NCBI GenBank assembly: GCA_041165265.1
Contig: JBEANU010000381.1
Coordinates: forward strand, 1-33,954
Source: Bacteroidota bacterium
Lineage (GTDB): Bacteria > Bacteroidota > Bacteroidia > Chitinophagales > CAIODY01
Direction: 5' to 3'
DNA length: 33,954 nt
Below are positions 1 to 7,257 of this stretch, piece by piece (positions within the stretch are counted from its first letter, which is position 1; the number at the start of each line of letters is the position of its first letter). Under the pieces are notes generated by a model. The model saw only the letters and a list, made by a program, of their open reading frames with translations. It had not been told where the DNA came from and did no database searches. A program made the position numbers and the translations under genes.

Positions 1-729
1 TAAATCGTGTATGTTCTTTAAATCTGGTAAACAATGGATTTGATTTGAAAAACAATATAAATAACCTAAACTATCTGGTATCGGAGGTAAACTACTAAGT
101 TGATTATTATTACAAATTAAATAATTCAAAGAAGATGGTAAAGTAGGTAAACTTGCAAGGAGATTGCCAACGCAATCTAAACTTGTCAATGTTGATGGTA
201 AAGTAGGTAAACTATCAGCATTATTCCAATCACAAACCAAAGATAATAAATTTGAAGGTAATATTGGAAGAGAAGTTAGTTGGTTACCACCACAGTCAAA
301 AGTTAGTAAACTCGACGGTAAAGCTGGTAAACTTGTGAGATAATTGTTGTCACAATCCAATTTTAGTAAATTGGGTGGTAATGAAGGAATATTTGTTAGC
401 AAATTGTGATCGCAGTATAAAGCTAGTAAACCTGATGGTAAGGTTGATAAATTGGTAATATGACTGTTAGAACAGTCTAGGTGTTTTAGGCTAACAAAAT
501 ATTGGATACCAGTTAAATCTGTAATGGACGAATAAAAAGGTCTTAAAATAGTATCTGTTAATACTTTGGCATCTTGCGTATTCAGTTGATTTCCATTCAT
601 AGCACTACTATAACCATGACTATTTAACCAATTTACAAAAAAACCATCAGGTATAGTTACATACTGTGCCTTCGCATTTTTGCCCATCATCATTGCCAAT
701 AACAAAAGCAGGGTAAATATTTTTTTCAT
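1..729 (-). CDS. Secreted leucine-rich-repeat protein, 5' part only (runs off the left edge); absent from the ORF track
   Basis: Manual translation from ATG at 729: MKKIFTLLLLLAMMMGKNAKAQYVTIPD... (signal peptide, A-K-A|Q). Eight 20-aa repeats LxxLxCxxNxLxxLPxLPxx follow (e.g. NLLKLDCDNNYLTSLPALPS, SLLTFDCGGNQLTSLPILPS). No stop before position 1; 60-bp periodicity is visible in the DNA. Confidence 0.93.
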   Translation of the reverse strand, partial: MKKIFTLLLLLAMMMGKNAKAQYVTIPDGFFVNWLNSHGYSSAMNGNQLNTQDAKVLTDTILRPFYSSITDLTGIQYFVSLKHLDCSNSHITNLSTLPSGLLALYCDHNLLTNIPSLPPNLLKLDCDNNYLTSLPALPSSLLTFDCGGNQLTSLPILPSNLLSLVCDWNNADSLPTLPSTLTSLDCVGNLLASLPTLPSSLNYLICNNNQLSSLPPIPDSLGYLYCFSNQIHCLPDLKNIHDL

Positions 730-939
730 CTATTTAAATTATTTATGGTTAGATGCAATTCGGATAAGTACAACAACAGAATGATTAACTAAGGTTATGT
801 TGTTGTTTTTAATCATCCTCATTTCATGTTCTAATTTTTAGTTGGTAGTAAATTTATTCTTTTCTGTTCAAAATAAAAAATATAGATGCACAATTTATAA
901 AAGGTATAATGCTGATTTTTTGAGGCAATACTATTTATA

Positions 940-984
940 AGCAACAAAGGCTATCTCAATCAAATTGAGATAGCCTTTGTTGCT
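940..984. terminator. Perfect 21-bp inverted repeat with 3-nt loop; probable terminator or stabilising hairpin downstream of the 992-aa gene
   Basis: agcaacaaaggctatctcaat (940-960), caa, attgagatagcctttgttgct (964-984); 15 nt after the stop at 1000. No clear U-tract on the minus strand. Confidence 0.7.
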
Positions 985-999
985 AAAAACATTTATTAA

Positions 1000-3978
1000 T
1001 TAGTTTGATTTTATCAATCTAACATTTAATAAATTATTGTTTGATTTAACTTTAATTGTATAAACTCCATTTGGATATTTAGCTAAAGATATTTTTTCAT
1101 TAAACTCATTTGTTGCTTTTGCTTGAATAGTTTTTGAATCCATCACCTGTCCTAAAGTATTTAAAACAGTTAATTCAGCAGTTGCCGATTTTAATTGAAA
1201 AGATAAATTCACATCATTAGTTACTGGGTTAGGGTAAGCATAAATTTGCGAAGGAGTAACATCATTAATGCCAGCTGGCCAAAAATTAACAGCCATAGTA
1301 TCAGTATATGTTCCGCAAGCACCATTTACTGTTAAAATAACCATGTGTGTACCATAGTTTGCATAATTATGAACTGGGTTTTGAGTGAATGCTAATGCTG
1401 TTGTATCGCCAAAATCCCATGTCCAACTAGTTGCATTGGTTGATAAATCAGCAAAGTAAACACTTGTTGAATCAGTGATGTAGCCAAATGAAGCGGCGCC
1501 TGATGCCAATACCATTTCTATAGAATCAACAACACTACAACCAGGTGCACTTGAAACTGTTACATGAATCCATCCTGTTGAATTTACAATAATAGTATCA
1601 TTTCTGGTAGTTTTTGTATCATCCCATAAATAAGTGTTAGTATTGCCAAATCCTCCACCACCTTGAGCTCTTAATACAACCTGTGTTCCAGGGCATACGG
1701 TATCAATACCAGGATTTAAGTTGGTGATATTGCCTGGGTTAGGCGGATTAACTGCTGTTACAGTAATTTGAACAGTTGAGCTACAAGCACCAATTGATCC
1801 TGTAATAGTATAATTACCACCACCTGGGCCACCAGCTGGCGTTACTGAAGCTGAATCATTAGCTGAAGATAAAAAAGTAACACCATTAGTGTTATTCCAT
1901 GAATAGGTAGTAGCACCCTTGATGGTAACTGTAGCACTTGATGATGTTAAGGTACAATATCTAATTGGTGATGATGGAGTAACTACTAAATTAGGTTGAA
2001 CCCCTGAAATTACTTCAATATTAATTGATGCTGTATCAGCACATCCAGCTGTATTTGATACAATTAAGGTGTATGGATATGTTCCAACGTTGGCTATCAT
2101 TGCAGTATCTCTTCTTGTAATTGGGCCGTTGCTCCAATTATAAGTTAATCCGCCACCAAATCCAGCATTAGGGCCCGTTAAAATAACCGTACCACCAGTA
2201 CACATGGTATCATTTACTAAATTAGTTGTAATAGTTGCTGTAGGTGTATTTGACCGTGTTACAGTAACCGATGCAGTAGTAGAGCAAATGCCGTTTGAGC
2301 CCGAAACTGTATATACTGTTGTGCCACCACCTGGGCCACCACCACCTGTTGGGGTTGCAATAACTGTAGTACCAGTTGATGTATTTAATGTTGCAGCTGG
2401 GGTCCAAGTATAAGTAGTAGCAGTGCCTGAAGCTACTAAAGTAACTCCTGGGCCACCCACACAATAGGTAGCTGTAATTGGCGAAACAGATACTGTAGGC
2501 GGAGTACCAACATTTACAACAATTGTAACCGTATCAGATGAAGAGCAACCTGTTGCATTAGATGTAACAGTGCCAATATATGTAGTAGTTGTAGTTGGCG
2601 AAATTGTATCTCTTCTTGTAATAGGGCCATTGCTCCAAGAGTAAGTGCCACCACCACCTGGGCCACCACCAATATTTGGCATTGTTAAAATTACTGTAGT
2701 TCCAACACAAATTGTATCATTAGGAATAGATGACGTAATTGTTGCATTTGGTGAATTTGATACTGTTAAAATAACTTGAGCAGTATCTGAGCAACCTGCA
2801 GCATCAAAACCAGTTACAACAATGGTACGAGTACCGCCACCAAAACCACCACCTGCAGGCGGTGTAGCTGTAACTGTTGAACCTGTTGTAGCATTTAAAC
2901 CAGCATTTGTTGATGACCAAGTATAGGTTAAAACATTTGAAGCAGTTAGTGTTGTAGTTGTACCACTACATAATGCTACCGTTGTAGGTGTAACCATTAC
3001 AGTTGGTAAAGCTGCATTACTAATATTTATTGAATCAAGTGGAGTGGTATAAGTTAAACCACTGCCTGAACAAGTAACAACACATTGGTAATACATCACT
3101 GCAGTAGGTGATGATAATACACCTGTATTGGCACTAATAGTATTACTTGAACCTGCAATTGTTGTAAAAGTACCTGTAGCTGTAGTTGAGCTTTGCCAAT
3201 CGTAAGTTAAACCACCGGCATTAGTAATAGGTGCTGTTAAAGTTAAATTTGCTGAACCTGAACCACCGCATATTATATTGGTACTATTAATAATTGAACC
3301 AACATTAGGTGTGCCGGTACACATTGGCGGAAATGCTGTCCATGAAATTTCATCAACAAAAATATTTCTACCAGTGTTACCGCCGCCGCCGCCAGCAACT
3401 CTTTGACTTGTTCCCTCAAACAAAATATAATTGCTTGCAGTATTAAATGAAGTTGGAATGGCAAATGAGTATTGATACCAGCCAATAGCTGCTTCAGTAT
3501 TAGGTAATGCAATTGCTGTTGAACGGGCAACGCCACCAATACGTGTTGCGCCCATAGTAGTATCTGAAGTATTTACCCAAATGGTAATACTATCGCCTTG
3601 CATAGCAAATGCAGTATCACGATATACCCACATGCTAACTGATGTAGCGGCTGTGCCTCTGCCTGACATATCAATCATTGGCGTACATAATGTTTGCATG
3701 CTTCCGGCAGCATTATTTCGGCTATCAAATCTTGCCATTGCTGTTCCTGCATAAGGGGTAGCGGCAGGATTAGTTCCATTAGGAGTTGTTCTCCGCCAAA
3801 TTTGATTTCCACCAACGCCACCAGTAATTAATGGTGAAATTTTCCAGCCAGTAGGTGCGAATGCAGCATTTTCAAACCCTTCAGTAGTAACTACTTGCGC
3901 AAAGGAGCTTGAACTTGATACAACCGAAAGCAATACAATTAGCATTGCAAAAAGGTGTTGTAATGTTCTTTTTTTCAT
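1000..3978 (-). CDS. T9SS type-A cargo surface protein: cleaved-adhesin/MAM-like N-terminal beta-sandwich, tandem Ig/PKD-like repeats, PKD domain, CTD
   Basis: Signal peptide ending SFA|Q; EGFE...W start and FVDEI end typical of cleaved-adhesin/MAM-like domains; repeated C..G..L..S...YTW and GCS motifs; PKD motif SWTWDFGD...NPVHNY; CTD YPNP...L..YPNGVYTIKV...LIK. Confidence 0.88.
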   Translation of the reverse strand: MKKRTLQHLFAMLIVLLSVVSSSSSFAQVVTTEGFENAAFAPTGWKISPLITGGVGGNQIWRRTTPNGTNPAATPYAGTAMARFDSRNNAAGSMQTLCTPMIDMSGRGTAATSVSMWVYRDTAFAMQGDSITIWVNTSDTTMGATRIGGVARSTAIALPNTEAAIGWYQYSFAIPTSFNTASNYILFEGTSQRVAGGGGGNTGRNIFVDEISWTAFPPMCTGTPNVGSIINSTNIICGGSGSANLTLTAPITNAGGLTYDWQSSTTATGTFTTIAGSSNTISANTGVLSSPTAVMYYQCVVTCSGSGLTYTTPLDSINISNAALPTVMVTPTTVALCSGTTTTLTASNVLTYTWSSTNAGLNATTGSTVTATPPAGGGFGGGTRTIVVTGFDAAGCSDTAQVILTVSNSPNATITSSIPNDTICVGTTVILTMPNIGGGPGGGGTYSWSNGPITRRDTISPTTTTTYIGTVTSNATGCSSSDTVTIVVNVGTPPTVSVSPITATYCVGGPGVTLVASGTATTYTWTPAATLNTSTGTTVIATPTGGGGPGGGTTVYTVSGSNGICSTTASVTVTRSNTPTATITTNLVNDTMCTGGTVILTGPNAGFGGGLTYNWSNGPITRRDTAMIANVGTYPYTLIVSNTAGCADTASINIEVISGVQPNLVVTPSSPIRYCTLTSSSATVTIKGATTYSWNNTNGVTFLSSANDSASVTPAGGPGGGNYTITGSIGACSSTVQITVTAVNPPNPGNITNLNPGIDTVCPGTQVVLRAQGGGGFGNTNTYLWDDTKTTRNDTIIVNSTGWIHVTVSSAPGCSVVDSIEMVLASGAASFGYITDSTSVYFADLSTNATSWTWDFGDTTALAFTQNPVHNYANYGTHMVILTVNGACGTYTDTMAVNFWPAGINDVTPSQIYAYPNPVTNDVNLSFQLKSATAELTVLNTLGQVMDSKTIQAKATNEFNEKISLAKYPNGVYTIKVKSNNNLLNVRLIKSN

Positions 3979-4102
3979 TTTTTAACTGTTGATTTTTGTT
4001 TAATTATTATTATTTTTGAGATAGATTTTATACCATGCAAGTTCATTTTTTTTATCCAATCAATACTTATATAATTTTTTATAAAAATTATAAGATTAGG
4101 GT

Positions 4103-4963
4103 TTAGTATTCAAAACCTACCATTTGAAATAGTTCGTTTAATGGTAATTTATCCAATCTTTTTTCCTGAATAGTTTTCATCTTTTTATTGATGGCTTTTG
4201 AATTTGGTAATTCTTTTTCAGATACCAATTCAAAAACATATTTATTTCCATTTTTTAACAAATTAAATTGTAAAGGAAAAATATTAGGATTAGATGGATA
4301 CTGAAAATCGTAAATTAAGTTTGATGTTTCATTAATTTCATTGGTAAATAAAGTAGTGCTAGAGTACATTTTATTTAAGAATTTAATTTTTGAGATAGTA
4401 GTATTGTGACCTAAAATTTGAATAGGAAGTTCAGGAATTGTAAAAGTATTTTGAGAACTATGAAGTTGTTGGAGTAACCCCATTTCAGTTGTATAATGGT
4501 AATTTCCCTTTTTTGAAAAAAAATAGTAATTGATAGATGGTTCATCTATTTTTTTTGTTCCAATTAAAGTATCACTACCAATCAATAAGTAAGAGTAATT
4601 ATATTCATTATTTTGATACACTTCAATTTTTGCACTATCGTTGCCAATTGATTTTAGAGATGCTTTTTTGAAATTTTCAATCGCATTAGTTTCACTTTGC
4701 ATGCTTTTTATTAATGCAACAATTTTTTCAACATATGCTCCATTTTCAAAATTATAACTGCCGGTAGTACACTCAAACAAACTCTCATTTTCAAGGTTTT
4801 GCATGCAATATTCTAAATCAATTTTTTCAGCTAACGGCTGAAGTTTCAATTTATACTTATAAACTTTTGTTTTACTATCACTTGATGCATCAGTTGATTG
4901 TGCATGAATTTGAAATGAAAAAAAACTGAGTGTAGCTAATAATAATGTAAGCGTTTTTATCAT
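4103..4963 (-). CDS. Exported hypothetical protein, weak resemblance to the GLPGLI family in its C-terminal half
   Basis: 286-aa ORF with signal peptide (IHA|Q). IQILGHNT and LFTNEI recall the family ILGY.C and WYT.EIP motifs, but the GLPGLI motif is absent. Confidence 0.6.
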   Translation of the reverse strand: MIKTLTLLLATLSFFSFQIHAQSTDASSDSKTKVYKYKLKLQPLAEKIDLEYCMQNLENESLFECTTGSYNFENGAYVEKIVALIKSMQSETNAIENFKKASLKSIGNDSAKIEVYQNNEYNYSYLLIGSDTLIGTKKIDEPSINYYFFSKKGNYHYTTEMGLLQQLHSSQNTFTIPELPIQILGHNTTISKIKFLNKMYSSTTLFTNEINETSNLIYDFQYPSNPNIFPLQFNLLKNGNKYVFELVSEKELPNSKAINKKMKTIQEKRLDKLPLNELFQMVGFEY

Positions 4964-4981
4964 GATTTAATGTTTTTTAAA

Positions 4982-5755
4982 TTACCAATTTATTTTTTCT
5001 TTATTTAAAAATGATGAAATTCCTTTTTTGCAATCATCTGTTGCACGGGCAATTGCGTTTTGATTGGCTGCTAATTCAAGCGCATCATCTATTGAAAGAT
5101 GTTGGGTTGCTGAAATTAAATTTTTTGTTAATGCCAACGACTGGCCGCTTGCCTGCAAAATAAGTTGATTGCATTTATCTTTTACAAAATCAGCAATACT
5201 TTCTTTTTCCACAATTTTGGTGATTAATCCACATTCTGCTGCTTCATTTGCTGATATTATATTGCCTGAAAGCAATAAATTTTTAGCTTTTGCTTCTCCA
5301 ATTTTCCGTACCAAAAATACACTTACAAGGGCAGGAATAAACCCTATTTTAACTTCTGTAAATCCAAATTTTGATTCTGGGGTTGCAAAGCAAAAATCAC
5401 ATACATTTGCCAATCCGCAGCCCCCGGCTAAAGCTGCGCCTTCCACTTGCGCAATCACCACCTTCGGAAAATCATAAATGGTTTTAAATAATTTTTTTAG
5501 ATGTTGGCTATCCTCCAAATTTTCATCAAACGTATTTTTTTGTAATTGCTGCAAGTAACTTAAATCGGCACCTGCGCAAAATGCTTCACCATTTGCTTTA
5601 ATGATTACCACTTTTGCATTTTCATTTTTTTCAATTTGGTGCAATGCTTCTAATAGTTCTGAAACCATTTTGGGATGCAAAGCATTTCGTTTTTCAGCTC
5701 TATTTAAAATAATTGTGGCTATTCGTTCTGATACAGCCCATTCAATATATTCCAT
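4982..5755 (-). CDS. Enoyl-CoA hydratase/isomerase (crotonase) family, probable methylglutaconyl-CoA hydratase
   Basis: LNRAEKRNAL, FCAGADL, ALAGGCGL, FGFTEVKIGFIPA crotonase motifs. Confidence 0.9.
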   Translation of the reverse strand: MEYIEWAVSERIATIILNRAEKRNALHPKMVSELLEALHQIEKNENAKVVIIKANGEAFCAGADLSYLQQLQKNTFDENLEDSQHLKKLFKTIYDFPKVVIAQVEGAALAGGCGLANVCDFCFATPESKFGFTEVKIGFIPALVSVFLVRKIGEAKAKNLLLSGNIISANEAAECGLITKIVEKESIADFVKDKCNQLILQASGQSLALTKNLISATQHLSIDDALELAANQNAIARATDDCKKGISSFLNKEKINW

Positions 5756-5757
5756 AT

Positions 5758-6396
5758 TTATATTTTTGTTTTATTGTTTGATGTTTCATGCAATGAGTAA
5801 AATACTAAGCATAACAAAATACCAAAAAGTATTGATAATCCTATCACATTTTTATGATGTAATGGATGTAGGATAGTTTGTGCAATATCGATAAATAAAT
5901 TGTTGGGGTGGGTAAATATATCCCATGAATTATATCGCCAAAATCTACCAATATATATACCATAACCGCTTATCATTAAGCTAAATATTGTAAAAATATG
6001 AGCTATTTTTTTACTAAATTTTTTTTCAATTTCGCTAAATATAATTCGGGATGATGCATACCCCAATAATAGCCCATTGATAGCAAATGAACTAAGCATT
6101 ATAATATCAAACCAAAAAGGAATGATAATGTGTGTTTTAATTTTTGATAAGTACATTAAATCAGTAACCAAGTAAGGAGCATTAGGAAAAAATAAAAACC
6201 AACTTGATATTAAAAACCAAAATTTTAAACCTTGATATTGTTTTGATTGTAAAACGGATGCAAAAATTAAAGGCAGAATAGCTAAAAAAAGATTCCAGTT
6301 TAAATAAATAAAGTTCAAATTGTAACTCATGCCAATACGTAGCATACTTAAAGTAAAACTAAAGAGGCAGAACAGAATTAATGATTTTGATTTCAT
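5758..6396 (-). CDS. DUF1361 family integral membrane protein
   Basis: WNLFLA, WFLFFPNAPYLVTD, GIYIGRFWRYNSWD motifs; several hydrophobic helices; 2 bp from the next gene. Confidence 0.85.
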   Translation of the reverse strand: MKSKSLILFCLFSFTLSMLRIGMSYNLNFIYLNWNLFLAILPLIFASVLQSKQYQGLKFWFLISSWFLFFPNAPYLVTDLMYLSKIKTHIIIPFWFDIIMLSSFAINGLLLGYASSRIIFSEIEKKFSKKIAHIFTIFSLMISGYGIYIGRFWRYNSWDIFTHPNNLFIDIAQTILHPLHHKNVIGLSILFGILLCLVFYSLHETSNNKTKI

Positions 6397-6537
6397 TTAA
6401 TTTTTGATAATTGATGAATGAAAAGAACGCTAAATTATCTTTTATCATCTTTCATTCATATTTATTTTTCATAATAAAAAATAAATGAGGTGGGCAAAAA
6501 AAAATATATCTTCGCCATGTATTTTTAAAATCGTTGA

Positions 6538-7176
6538 ATGACATTACTAAATAACTTTGCAATTTTTATTGCCTACTTATTGGGCTCAATTCCTACCGCA
6601 GTTTGGGTAGGTAAATTTTTTTTCAATACAGATGTACGTGACTATGGTAGCGGTAATGCAGGCACCACCAACACGTTACGTGTACTTGGCAAAAAGCCAG
6701 CTATGTTTGTTTTATTGGTTGATGTATTGAAAGGTATTGCTGCATTAAAATTAGCTTACTTAAGTTTTAATCCAACAACACAGCCTGATTTATTTGTCAA
6801 TTTTCAAGTTATATTAGGTATTGCAGCCATAGTAGGCCATGTGTTTCCGGTGTTTGCTGGCTTTAGGGGCGGAAAAGGAATTGCTACCATGTTTGGCGTT
6901 TTGTTAGGTATTCATACTGAAGTAGCATTATTATGTATGGCAATATTTTTTGTTTCATTAATGTTTTCTCATTACGTTTCATTAAGTAGCTTATTAGCAA
7001 GTATTGCATTACCACTTTTAATATTTTTGGCATTTAAACACGATGACCAAATTTTGTTGCGTTTGTTTGCCATTGCAGCTACATTCACGGTTGTAGCCAC
7101 TCATCAAAAAAATATTCAACGCTTAGTGAACGGCACTGAAAGCAAAACGTATATTTTTAAAAAGGTGAAAAAGTAA
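6538..7176 (+). CDS. plsY: Glycerol-3-phosphate 1-O-acyltransferase PlsY
   Basis: AYLLGSIP, GSGNAGTTN.LR, DVLKG, GHVFPVFAGFRGGKGIAT, H..NI.RL..GTE motifs. Confidence 0.96.
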   Translation: MTLLNNFAIFIAYLLGSIPTAVWVGKFFFNTDVRDYGSGNAGTTNTLRVLGKKPAMFVLLVDVLKGIAALKLAYLSFNPTTQPDLFVNFQVILGIAAIVGHVFPVFAGFRGGKGIATMFGVLLGIHTEVALLCMAIFFVSLMFSHYVSLSSLLASIALPLLIFLAFKHDDQILLRLFAIAATFTVVATHQKNIQRLVNGTESKTYIFKKVKK

Positions 7177-7257
7177 ATTAGTTCACTTTTTATTTATTAT
7201 CTAATTTTATTTCAAGTACTAAAAAAATGCGATGCTCGTTTGTAATTTAGCATTCAA

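Noticed and set aside
1-500. 60-bp periodic repeats as a CRISPR array
   Set aside because: The repeats are degenerate and in frame, encoding 20-aa LRRs; there is no constant repeat with unique spacers and no cas genes.
2204-3539. ORFs 2204-2413 (+), 2222-2464 (-) and 3273-3539 (-)
   Set aside because: Shadow or alternate frames inside the 992-aa gene; the Pro and Trp runs mirror its Gly codons.
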